Assembly (NCBI GenBank): GCA_038524325.1 | Contig: JBCBIS010000001.1 | Span: forward strand, 3,150-67,149 | Reading direction: 5' to 3' | DNA: 64,000 nt | Origin: Pseudomonadota bacterium | GTDB lineage: Bacteria; Pseudomonadota; Alphaproteobacteria; Rhodobacterales; Rhodobacteraceae | Part shown: positions 50,421 to 58,857 of the stretch, in pieces | Layout of the letters: each line of letters opens with the position of its first letter | Numbering within the stretch: position 1 is the first letter of the stretch | The notes under the pieces: generated by a model | Seen by the model: the letters and a program-made list of their open reading frames with translations, nothing else | Told to the model about the DNA's origin: nothing | The model's database searches: none | Translations under genes and position numbers: made by a program

Positions 50421-50451
50421 AAAAAAACCCTGGCAGACGGCTCTGCCAGGG
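50421..50451 (-). terminator. Rho-independent terminator of adhI
   Basis: On the minus strand, CCCTGGCAG-AGCCGT-CTGCCAGGG is followed by TTTTTTT. It lies 24 nt after the adhI TAA. Confidence 0.85.
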
Positions 50452-50474
50452 CGCGGATTTCGGGTGTTTCCGGC

Positions 50475-51587
50475 TTAGAAGGTCACGACGGCACGGATCG
50501 ACTCGCCGGCATGCATCAGGTCGAAACCCTTGTTGATATCGTCCAGCGGCATGGTGTGGGTGATCATCGGATCGATCTCGATTTTGCCGTCCATGTACCA
50601 ATCGACGATCTTCGGCACATCGGTCCGGCCCCGGGCGCCGCCGAATGCGGTGCCGCGCCAGACCCGCCCGGTCACCAGCTGGAAGGGGCGGGTTGCGATC
50701 TCGGCACCTGCCGGAGCCACGCCGATGATGACGCTCTCGCCCCAGCCCTTATGCGCGCATTCCAGCGCGGCGCGCATCACGTTGACATTGCCTGTGGCAT
50801 CGAACGAGTAATCGGCCCCGCCCTTGGTCAGATCGACCAGATAGGGAACGAGATCACCCTCGACCTCGGCCGGGTTGACGAAATCGGTCATGCCGAACCG
50901 CTCGGCCATCTCGCGCTTCGCCGGGTTCAGATCGACGCCGACAATCTGATCGCAGCCCGCCAGCCGCAGGCCCTGGATCACGTTCAGACCGATCCCGCCC
51001 AGGCCGAAGACCACACAGCGCGAGCCGATCTCGACCTTGGCGGTGTTGATGACCGCGCCGATCCCGGTGGTGACGCCGCAACCGATATAGCAAATCTTGT
51101 CGAACGGAGCGTCCTCGCGGACCTTGGCGAGCGCGATCTCCGGCAGCACCGTGTGGTTCGCGAATGTCGAGCACCCCATATAGTGCAGGATCGGCGTGCC
51201 ATCCTCCATCGAGAACCGCGAAGTCCCGTCAGGCATCAGTCCCTGCCCCTGCGTCACCCGGATCGCCTGGCACAGATTGGTCTTTGGATGCGCGCAGTAA
51301 TCGCAGTTGCGGCATTCCGGTGTGTAGAGCGGGATCACATGGTCGCCGGGCTTCAGCGAGGTGACGCCCGGGCCGACCTCCAGCACCACACCGGCGCCCT
51401 CATGGCCCAGGATCGCGGGGAACATCCCCTCCGGGTCCGCGCCCGACCGGGTGAACTCGTCTGTGTGGCAAATCCCTGTCGCCTTGATTTCGACCAGAAC
51501 CTCGCCGGCTTTCGGGCCTTCCAGGTTCACTTCCATGACCTCCAGCGGCTTGCCCGCTTCGATCGCGACGGCTGCGCGCGTCTTCAT
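50475..51587 (-). CDS. adhI: S-(hydroxymethyl)glutathione dehydrogenase / class III alcohol dehydrogenase
   Basis: ORF trimmed to the ATG at 51587 (GGGAGG ribosome-binding site). [45 protein letters not shown]. 370 aa, a Zn-ADH. Confidence 0.92.
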   Translation of the reverse strand: MKTRAAVAIEAGKPLEVMEVNLEGPKAGEVLVEIKATGICHTDEFTRSGADPEGMFPAILGHEGAGVVLEVGPGVTSLKPGDHVIPLYTPECRNCDYCAHPKTNLCQAIRVTQGQGLMPDGTSRFSMEDGTPILHYMGCSTFANHTVLPEIALAKVREDAPFDKICYIGCGVTTGIGAVINTAKVEIGSRCVVFGLGGIGLNVIQGLRLAGCDQIVGVDLNPAKREMAERFGMTDFVNPAEVEGDLVPYLVDLTKGGADYSFDATGNVNVMRAALECAHKGWGESVIIGVAPAGAEIATRPFQLVTGRVWRGTAFGGARGRTDVPKIVDWYMDGKIEIDPMITHTMPLDDINKGFDLMHAGESIRAVVTF

Positions 51588-51720
51588 CTTTTGTCCTCCC
51601 AATCCGTCCTGATGGCCTGTTCGCCATGCGTATCGGCGAAAAGCGTACCACGGCGATCGGCTTCCGAAAGCGCCGAGGCCTTTAAAATATTTTATCGCAA
51701 GCGGCGTTTCGTGAAAAAAA

Positions 51721-51924
51721 TCAGATCTGCTCTTCCAGGCCGACCAAGGCGCAGCGCCAGGATTTAACCTTCCATTTGCGATGCATGACCTGCCAGCGGG
51801 CGACCCGGGGCGGCGAGGAATACATACATTGCCCGGCATCCCCGCCCGAGAGGGTCAGGCGGAGCCGGTGCTCGCGGCACTCCTCCGGCACCGAGAGCAG
51901 ACAGGCGATCACGATCAGTTCCAT
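51721..51924 (-). CDS. Small hypothetical protein (67 aa) upstream of adhI
   Basis: The ATG at 51924 is preceded by GGAGGG at about 8 nt. [21 protein letters not shown]. No family recognised. Confidence 0.35.
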   Translation of the reverse strand: MELIVIACLLSVPEECREHRLRLTLSGGDAGQCMYSSPPRVARWQVMHRKWKVKSWRCALVGLEEQI

Positions 51925-52006
51925 TTCCGGACCCTCCAACTTGCCTTGCGTCTGTTTATGGATAGGTTGCAGGCGAGACCGGTCAAATATCCGGCGGGAG
52001 GAAAAA

Positions 52007-52645
52007 ATGCTGTTACGGACCTGCGTGAGCGCAATGCTCTCGGCCGCCCTCGTTGTGCTGGCCGCACCGTCGCATGCGGCGGACCCGGTCGACCTGCTGT
52101 TCTACACGCCCCATCTGGCCGAGACCGATCCCACGCTGCAGCTGCGCTATCGCCATACCCGCGAGGGTGCCATCGATGCCGTGCTCGGACCCCGGGTGGA
52201 TCAGGCGATCCTGCTGCGCCAGGAGGCCGCGGGCGATGACTTCGAGACCGTGGTCACCCTGGATGCAGATGGCGCCGGGCGGCAGTTGGACCGGTTCCGC
52301 GGGGTACCCGGCAATCCGATCCTGATGGTGTTCCTGGAGACCATCGTCACCTCGATCAGCCGGGCCACCGGGGGCAGCCCATTCTATATCCGCAACCGGT
52401 TGAAGGAGGCGTTTGCCAATGGCTCGGTCACCGCGGGCGAGGCCGGCGACACCATTCGCCTCGCCCCGTTTGCAGACGACCGCAACCGCCACCGCATGGG
52501 GCCTTTCGCCGATCTCGAAATCGAGATGACCCTGGCAAAGTCCCGCCCGGGCATGTTCGGCGCCCTGACCGCACGGGCACAGGATGCCGCCAACCCGGCC
52601 TTGCTGCATTATCTGGAGGAGGTGCGGTATGTGGAAGCGAACTAG
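52007..52645 (+). CDS. Periplasmic hypothetical protein
   Basis: The ATG at 52007 follows GGGAGG. Signal peptide MLLRTCVSAMLSAALVVLAAPSHA. 212 aa. Confidence 0.6.
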   Translation: MLLRTCVSAMLSAALVVLAAPSHAADPVDLLFYTPHLAETDPTLQLRYRHTREGAIDAVLGPRVDQAILLRQEAAGDDFETVVTLDADGAGRQLDRFRGVPGNPILMVFLETIVTSISRATGGSPFYIRNRLKEAFANGSVTAGEAGDTIRLAPFADDRNRHRMGPFADLEIEMTLAKSRPGMFGALTARAQDAANPALLHYLEEVRYVEAN

Positions 52646-52967
52646 CCTCGCCCTCGCCCTGCTCTGCGCACCGGTCGGCGCGCAGGAGGTGCCGAATGAT
52701 TACCCCACCGTGGCGCGCGCCGATTACGTCTTCGCCTGCATGGCCTCGAACGGCCAGACAAGACGGGTGCTGGAACAATGCGCCTGCTCGATCGACGTGA
52801 TCGCCAGCATCCTGCCCTATGAGGCCTATGTGAAGGCGGAGACCTTTCTGCGCACGGTACAGGTCACGGGCGAGCGGGTCGCCGCCTTCCGCGGGTCTGC
52901 CCGGCACAAGAGGATGGTCTCAGACCTGCGCCGCGCGCAGGCCGAAGCGGACGTCGTCTGTTTCTGA
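52629..52967 (+). CDS. Periplasmic Cys-containing hypothetical protein
   Basis: The ATG at 52629 overlaps the previous gene by 17 nt. Signal peptide MWKRTSLALALLCAPVGA. 112 aa with 4 Cys in the mature part. Confidence 0.55.
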   Translation: MWKRTSLALALLCAPVGAQEVPNDYPTVARADYVFACMASNGQTRRVLEQCACSIDVIASILPYEAYVKAETFLRTVQVTGERVAAFRGSARHKRMVSDLRRAQAEADVVCF

Positions 52968-53000
52968 GCCTTCAGCGGGCGCCGGGCGCGGCGGCCAGCC

Positions 53001-53843
53001 TCAGCTTGCGATGTCCACCGGGAACGACCGGATGTACTCGTCGCCATCGGTGTCATGCGCGCGCACCTCGATCGGGCCCGCACCGTTGGGCGTGAAGTGG
53101 AAGCGGATGGCCGGGTCCTCGGAGATCGAGATGCCCCCTTCCATGCGGAACAGAGTCTCGCCGCCTTGGGTCACTTCAAGGTCATCGACGAAATAGGCCG
53201 GGATGAACAGCCGGGTGACCTGGTTCATCTGGAACCCCGAATAGTTCGGGTGGCGCACCATCACCTGGGCCTCGCGCATGCCGGGCGCGGGTGCCGTACC
53301 CTTGGCCTTGGCCACCACCTCGTCGAACAGGCGCACCTTCATCTTGCCGACATTGGCCAGCGCCGCCTCGGCATCCTTCAGCGAGGGCGCCGAGCAGCCG
53401 CCCGATGCTTTTACGAAATTCGCGGTCTGCCACAGGCTGCCATCATCCAGCTCGGCCACCACCCGCACATTCGTGTAGGCGTCGACCCGGACCCGGGTCG
53501 AGAGTCGGATCACCTCGCCCATCGCCGCGCCGGGGGTGAACGTCGCGGCGACAGGGGCGGGGTTTTCCTCGACAATCAGCGAGAACTTGGCCACCCGGCG
53601 TCCCTCGGGCGGGGCGATCTCGATCGCCACCGGCACGATCGCCGCGTCATGGGCGCGATAGGGGGTGTCGAGCGAAATCACATCGCTGCCATCGGCAATC
53701 TCGGCGCCGTCCTCATAGATCATCGCGCGAAGCTCGGCCCAGGTCCCGTTCTCGACCTCGGCATTCCGCTCCGCCGCCCAGGCCGGCATGGCCAGCGAGA
53801 CCGCCGAGGCCAGAATCGCCGCGCGCAGTGCTGTGCTCATCAT
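53001..53843 (-). CDS. Quinoprotein-dehydrogenase-associated SoxYZ-like carrier (SoxY-SoxZ fusion)
   Basis: Signal peptide. SoxY-type carrier motif SGGCS in VKASGGCSAPS. The C-terminal half is SoxZ-like (MVRHPNYSGFQMNQVT). Confidence 0.7.
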   Translation of the reverse strand: MMSTALRAAILASAVSLAMPAWAAERNAEVENGTWAELRAMIYEDGAEIADGSDVISLDTPYRAHDAAIVPVAIEIAPPEGRRVAKFSLIVEENPAPVAATFTPGAAMGEVIRLSTRVRVDAYTNVRVVAELDDGSLWQTANFVKASGGCSAPSLKDAEAALANVGKMKVRLFDEVVAKAKGTAPAPGMREAQVMVRHPNYSGFQMNQVTRLFIPAYFVDDLEVTQGGETLFRMEGGISISEDPAIRFHFTPNGAGPIEVRAHDTDGDEYIRSFPVDIAS

Positions 53844-54038
53844 CGCGTTTCCTTCCTTGATCGGGCGCGAGAAGGTCGAAACCGGCCTGCGCAGCGCCGT
53901 TCTGAGCGGCTGATCCGCTTCATCATCTCAGGTTGTAAGAAAACACCACTGGAACCGCCGCTGTCAAATCCGCCCGGCTTGACGCATGAAATCGGCGCGA
54001 TAGTGTGACCATGACGAAACCAACCAGTGGAGGAAAAG

Positions 54039-54131
54039 ATGGCTTGGACCCGTCCGGAAATCGAAGAAACCACCTGCGGCATGGAAATCAACATGTATTT
54101 CCCGGCTGAGGATGACGGCGAGCTGTTCTGA
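54039..54131 (+). CDS. pqqA: PQQ precursor peptide PqqA
   Basis: 30 codons, MAWTRPEIEETTCGMEINMYFPAEDDGELF, with the E-x3-Y core (EINMY). GGAGGAAAAG ribosome-binding site. Lies 38 nt upstream of pqqB. Too short for the ORF track. Confidence 0.85.
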   Translation: MAWTRPEIEETTCGMEINMYFPAEDDGELF

Positions 54132-54169
54132 GCTCACCGCAACGTGATCTTGACGGGGGCGCGTGAGGG

Positions 54170-55069
54170 ATGACTTTACGCGCCCTTATTCTTGGCGCTG
54201 CAGCCGGCGGGGGCCTGCCCCAGTGGAATTGCAACGCGCCGAACTCCGCCAGCTTTTGGCGCGGGACGCCTCTGACCCCGGCCACGCAGTCTTCGCTGGC
54301 GGTGGGCGGGGGTGAGGGCTGGGCGCTCCTGAACTGCTCCCCCGACATCCGCCAGCAGATCATCGCGACCCCGGCGCTGCACCCTCGCGTTGGCGCGCTG
54401 CGCGACACGCCGATCCACTCGATCCTGCTGACTAATGGCGACGTCGATCACATCGCGGGCCTTCTTACCCTGCGCGAAGGCACGCCGTTCCGGCTGCTTG
54501 CGACAAACGAAATCCTCAACGTGATCGCCGAGAACCCGATCTTCAACGCCCTCGACCCCGCCTTCGTGACCCGCGAGGTGGTGGCGTTGGAGACCCCGTT
54601 CGCGCTGGTCCCAGGCGTCACCGCCACCCTGTTCGCCGTGCCGGGCAAGGTGCCGCTGTTCATGGAGGGCGACGTGGTCGAGACCGATCTGATGGGGGAA
54701 CAGACTGTCGGTGTCGAACTGACCTCCGACGGCAAGACCGCCTTCTACATCCCCGGCTGTGCCCGCATGGTCCCCAGCTTGGAGGACCGGATCCGAGGCG
54801 CGGCGCTGCTGTTCTTCGACGGCACGGTCTGGACCGATGACGAGATGATCCGCGAGGGTGTGGGCCAGAAGACCGGCGCCCGGATGGGCCATATGTATAT
54901 GTCCGGCCCCGGCGGCTCGATCGAGGCGCTGGCGCCTTTGGACATTGCCCGCAAGATCTATGTCCATATCAACAACACCAACCCCGTCTGGCGCCACGGC
55001 CCCGAACGCGCCGAGGCCGAGGCGCAAGGGTGGGAGATCGGCTATGACAGTATGGAGGTGACGCTGTGA
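54170..55069 (+). CDS. pqqB: PQQ biosynthesis protein B
   Basis: 299 aa. ILGAAAGGGLPQWNCN is the PqqB N-terminus. MBL-like fold. Confidence 0.92.
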   Translation: MTLRALILGAAAGGGLPQWNCNAPNSASFWRGTPLTPATQSSLAVGGGEGWALLNCSPDIRQQIIATPALHPRVGALRDTPIHSILLTNGDVDHIAGLLTLREGTPFRLLATNEILNVIAENPIFNALDPAFVTREVVALETPFALVPGVTATLFAVPGKVPLFMEGDVVETDLMGEQTVGVELTSDGKTAFYIPGCARMVPSLEDRIRGAALLFFDGTVWTDDEMIREGVGQKTGARMGHMYMSGPGGSIEALAPLDIARKIYVHINNTNPVWRHGPERAEAEAQGWEIGYDSMEVTL

Positions 55070-55824
55070 TGACCCCTGACAGAATGCCCCCCGATCAACT
55101 CGAGGCGGACCTGCGCCATATCGGCGAGACCCGCTATCACCATCTCCACCCATTCCACAAACGCATGTATACGGGCGGCTGTTCCATTGACGAGCTGCGC
55201 GCCTGGGCGCTGAACCGCTATTGCTATCAGCGGATCATCCCGCACAAAGACAGCATCATTCTCTCGCGGCTCGAGAGCACCGAACTCCGTCGCATCTGGC
55301 GCCAGCGGGTCATCGACCATGACGGCGAGATCGGCGATGCGCCCGAGGGCGGCCTGCGCCGCTGGCTCGCGCTGACCGACGGGCTGGGGCTGGACCGGGA
55401 TTACGTCGTGTCGATGGAGGGCGCCCTGCCCGCCGTACGCTTCGCCTGCGACGCCTATCTCGGCTATGTCGCCAAGGGCAACGATCTTGAGATGATCGCC
55501 TCGAGCCTGACCGAGATGTTCAGCCCGATGATCATCGGCCAGCGGGTGGCGGGCATGCTGGAGCATTACGATTTCATCACCCAGGACATCCTGCGCTATT
55601 TCAACAATCGCCTGACCGAGGCGCCCCGCGACGCCGATTTCGCGCTCGACTACGTCAAGGAGCACGCGACCACGGCGGAGACGCAGAAACAGGCGACCGA
55701 TGCGCTGAAGTTCAAGATGGGGATGCTCTGGGCCCAGCTCGACGCGATCGAGCATGTCTATGTCAACGCCAATCCCATGCCGGGCGCCTGGGCACCGGGC
55801 GAGGGGCTGCGGGAAGCGGCATGA
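55069..55824 (+). CDS. pqqC: Pyrroloquinoline-quinone synthase PqqC
   Basis: The ATG at 55069 shares an A with the pqqB TGA; an in-frame GTG at 55066 is an alternative start. HPFHKRMYTGGCSIDELRAWALNRYCYQ is typical of PqqC. Confidence 0.92.
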   Translation: MTPDRMPPDQLEADLRHIGETRYHHLHPFHKRMYTGGCSIDELRAWALNRYCYQRIIPHKDSIILSRLESTELRRIWRQRVIDHDGEIGDAPEGGLRRWLALTDGLGLDRDYVVSMEGALPAVRFACDAYLGYVAKGNDLEMIASSLTEMFSPMIIGQRVAGMLEHYDFITQDILRYFNNRLTEAPRDADFALDYVKEHATTAETQKQATDALKFKMGMLWAQLDAIEHVYVNANPMPGAWAPGEGLREAA

Positions 55825-56102
55825 CCGAGCTCGCCGACACGGATGTGCCCTTCCTGCCGCGCGGCGTGCGGCTGAAACACTGCAAGGTGCGCCAGGGCTG
55901 GTATCTGCTGGCGCCGGAACGGGCGGTGAAGCTGGATCAAATCGCCTCCGCCATCCTCGGCACCCTGGATGGAGAGCGGGATTTCGCAGGGATTGTCAGC
56001 CGGTTGGCCGAAGATTTCAATGCTCCGCGCGAGCAAATTGCCGGTGACGCCCGCGATTTCCTGATCGACATGATGAATCGCCGCATGGTGGAGGCGAGAT
56101 GA
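55821..56102 (+). CDS. pqqD: PQQ biosynthesis peptide chaperone PqqD
   Basis: 93 aa. ATGA overlaps at both ends. Sits between pqqC and pqqE. Confidence 0.88.
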   Translation: MTELADTDVPFLPRGVRLKHCKVRQGWYLLAPERAVKLDQIASAILGTLDGERDFAGIVSRLAEDFNAPREQIAGDARDFLIDMMNRRMVEAR

Positions 56103-57205
56103 ACGAGACCCTGCGCGGCCAGATGCTCAAAGTGCCGGTGCCCATGGCGATGCTGGCCGAGCTGACCCATCGCTGCCCGCTGAAATGCCCCTATTGCTCG
56201 AACCCGCTGGAGCTGACCAAACGCTCCGGCGAGCTCTCGACCGAGGAATGGATCGACGCCTTCCATCAGGCGGCCGATCTGGGGGTGCTGCATGTGCATC
56301 TCTCGGGCGGGGAGCCGGCCTCGCGGCGCGATTTGCCGGAGATCACAACAGGGGCGATTGAAGCGGGGCTCTACACCAATTTGATCACGTCTGGCGTCGG
56401 GTTGACCGAAGCCACCTTCAAGGATCTCGCCGACCGGGGCCTGGACCATGTGCAGCTTTCGCTGCAAGGCGCGACAGCGGATGTGGCCAACCGGATCGGC
56501 GGCTATGCTCGCGGCTATGAGACCAAGATGCAGGTGGCAGAGTGGATCGCAGCGGAGGGGATCCCACTGACGATCAACGCCGTGATGCATCGCCAGAACC
56601 TCGACCAGTTGCCCGAGACGATTGATCTGGCTGTGAAACTCGGCGCCCGCAGGCTCGAGGTCGCCAACACGCAGTACCACGGCTGGGCCTATAAAAACCG
56701 CTTCGCCCTGATGCCGACGGAGGACCAAGTCAAACGCGGCGGCGAAGTGGTGGCGGAGGCGCGCGCGCGGCTGAAAGGCACCCTGGTGATCGACTATGTG
56801 ACGCCGGATCACCTGGCGAAATACCCCAAGCCTTGTATGGGGGGTTGGGCGCGGGTCGGGCTCTGCATCACACCTTCGGGAAAGGTGCTGCCCTGCCATG
56901 CGGCGGAAACGATCACGACGCTGGAATTTGACACCATCCGCGACAAACCTCTGCGCGAGATCTGGGCCCGCGGAGCAGCCTTCACCGCCTATCGCGGCAC
57001 CGATTGGATGCCCGAGCCCTGCCAAGGCTGCGAGCGGCAAGAAAAGGACTGGGGCGGCTGCCGCTGCCAGGCCTTTGCCTGGAACGGGGATGCGGGCACC
57101 ACGGATCCCGCCTGCTCAAAGGCGCCCAACAATGCCGAAATGCGCCGCGCGGCGCTGGAGGAGGCGGGTCAGGCGACGGATGCGTTCGCCTATCGGGTGA
57201 TGTAA
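56099..57205 (+). CDS. pqqE: Radical-SAM PqqA peptide cyclase PqqE
   Basis: CPLKCPYCSN radical-SAM cluster motif. SPASM-like C-terminal Cys residues. 368 aa. Confidence 0.93.
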   Translation: MNETLRGQMLKVPVPMAMLAELTHRCPLKCPYCSNPLELTKRSGELSTEEWIDAFHQAADLGVLHVHLSGGEPASRRDLPEITTGAIEAGLYTNLITSGVGLTEATFKDLADRGLDHVQLSLQGATADVANRIGGYARGYETKMQVAEWIAAEGIPLTINAVMHRQNLDQLPETIDLAVKLGARRLEVANTQYHGWAYKNRFALMPTEDQVKRGGEVVAEARARLKGTLVIDYVTPDHLAKYPKPCMGGWARVGLCITPSGKVLPCHAAETITTLEFDTIRDKPLREIWARGAAFTAYRGTDWMPEPCQGCERQEKDWGGCRCQAFAWNGDAGTTDPACSKAPNNAEMRRAALEEAGQATDAFAYRVM

Positions 57206-57338
57206 GCGGCGGCTTGGCTCCAAGCATCGCTGCGCTCGCTTGCCCGCCCACCCTGCCGCACCTTGCTGGGTGCAGTGCCGCAGGTTTGGAAGCGGTGCGG
57301 GCCCAGAGCGGGCACGCCGGGGGGTCATGTGAGGCGTC

Positions 57339-58103
57339 TCAGCATTCCGGCTTGAGATAGGCCGTGCCATCGGCCACGCCTTTCAGGAGCAGCGTGCAGC
57401 CACCCAGCTCGACCTGGCCGCCAAAGATGCTGAGCTCGACCTTTTCGCCGCCGACTACCAGCCCGCGAACAAAGTCGTCGGTCACCTGGCTGATGAAGAA
57501 GCGGCCCTCGCCGACAATCGCGGTCTGGCCGGGGGAGAGGGCCATGCCATCCTCGCCGACCGCGTCGGCGAGCGTGGCCAGTTTGGGGTCTTCCGGCGCG
57601 GTGCTGGGGGCGGTCGCTTCAGCCTCTGCCGCGACGCTTTCAGGGGCAGCGCTTTCAGGAGCAGGCGCATCCTGGGCCGTCGCGGCGGCGGCCGCCTTTT
57701 TGGCCTGATGCGCGGCATGGCGGGCGGCATAGCCTGCGGCAACCGCCTCGGCCAGATCGTCCTTGCTGAGCCCGGCTTGAGCGAGCCCGTCGACCATATC
57801 CTCGATCGCGTCCATCCGGGCGTTCAGTTCGGACACTTTGACATCGATGGCGACCTGGCCTTCGCCGAGGATGCCGCGCTGTTCACCAGCCAGGGCGAGG
57901 GCCTCTCCGAGCTCGCCCGAGAGGCTGTCGAGCTTTGCGCCCATCTCGGCCGAACTAGCGGCCATGCTCTCCTCGACCGAGGTCAGCGAGGCGGTCATCT
58001 TGCGGGCGTCGTCATCGCCTCCGGCCCCGGCGGCATAGCCGATGAGGAGACCCAGAGCGCCGGCGCCGGCGGCGATGAAAAGCGGGGATTGCGAATCTGC
58101 CAT
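57339..58103 (-). CDS. Membrane-anchored coiled-coil hypothetical protein
   Basis: The ATG at 58103 gives MADSQSPLFIAAGAGALGLLIGYAAGAGG, a TM anchor. An Ala/Glu-rich helical region follows. Confidence 0.5.
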   Translation of the reverse strand: MADSQSPLFIAAGAGALGLLIGYAAGAGGDDDARKMTASLTSVEESMAASSAEMGAKLDSLSGELGEALALAGEQRGILGEGQVAIDVKVSELNARMDAIEDMVDGLAQAGLSKDDLAEAVAAGYAARHAAHQAKKAAAAATAQDAPAPESAAPESVAAEAEATAPSTAPEDPKLATLADAVGEDGMALSPGQTAIVGEGRFFISQVTDDFVRGLVVGGEKVELSIFGGQVELGGCTLLLKGVADGTAYLKPEC

Positions 58104-58161
58104 GAGACTACTCCAATGTTCCTGAGGCGGGGTCAGTATAACCACGACGCGGCGGAGGAAG

Positions 58162-58857
58162 TTACTCCTTTATCGTTATGTTGCCGCAAACCGTATCGGG
58201 GGCGACCAGCATGAAACCGACGCCGCGGAGCGTGTCGATTCGCATGTCGAGCTCGCTTTCCCCCAGTTTTCGGCGGAGATAGCCGATATAGACATCGACG
58301 CTGTTCTCGGTCACGTCGACATCGCCGCCCCAGGCCGCCGCAAGCAGATCGGTGCGGCTGATGCCCTCTCCGCGCTGATCGAGCAGACGGCGGAACAGGG
58401 CGAGTTCCCGGCGGGTGAAGCGGATCTCGGTGCGGCCAACCCGGAAGACCCGGCTGACGAGATCGAGCACAGCCTCCTGCACGCGCGGCTGCGCGCGGCG
58501 CAACAGAACGCCGAGCCGGGCGACCAGTTCGTCGAATTCGAAGGGTTTCGTGAGGTAGTCATCCGCGCCGGCATCGAACCCGGCCAGCTTGTCGTCCAGC
58601 GCGTCGCGGGCGGTCAGCATGCAGACCGGCAGGGTCAGGCCGAATTTGCGGATGGCCGAGCAGAACGCCGCGCCATCACCATCCGGCAGCATACGGTCGA
58701 GCACGACCGCGTCATGCGCACCCTTTTTGACCTGTTCGATTGCGGTTTTCAGGTCGCGCACCCATTCGACCTCGAACCCTGTGCCGATGAGGCCGCGTTC
58801 GAGCAGCCGCCCGATCCCGGTATCGTCCTCGACCAGCAGAATGCGGGGGCTGGTCAC
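58162..58857 (-). CDS. OmpR-family response regulator
   Basis: The GTG at 58857 overlaps the kinase stop (GTGA). RILLVEDD...VVLDRMLPDGDG...TKPF receiver domain plus a winged-helix C-terminus. Confidence 0.9.
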   Translation of the reverse strand: MTSPRILLVEDDTGIGRLLERGLIGTGFEVEWVRDLKTAIEQVKKGAHDAVVLDRMLPDGDGAAFCSAIRKFGLTLPVCMLTARDALDDKLAGFDAGADDYLTKPFEFDELVARLGVLLRRAQPRVQEAVLDLVSRVFRVGRTEIRFTRRELALFRRLLDQRGEGISRTDLLAAAWGGDVDVTENSVDVYIGYLRRKLGESELDMRIDTLRGVGFMLVAPDTVCGNITIKE

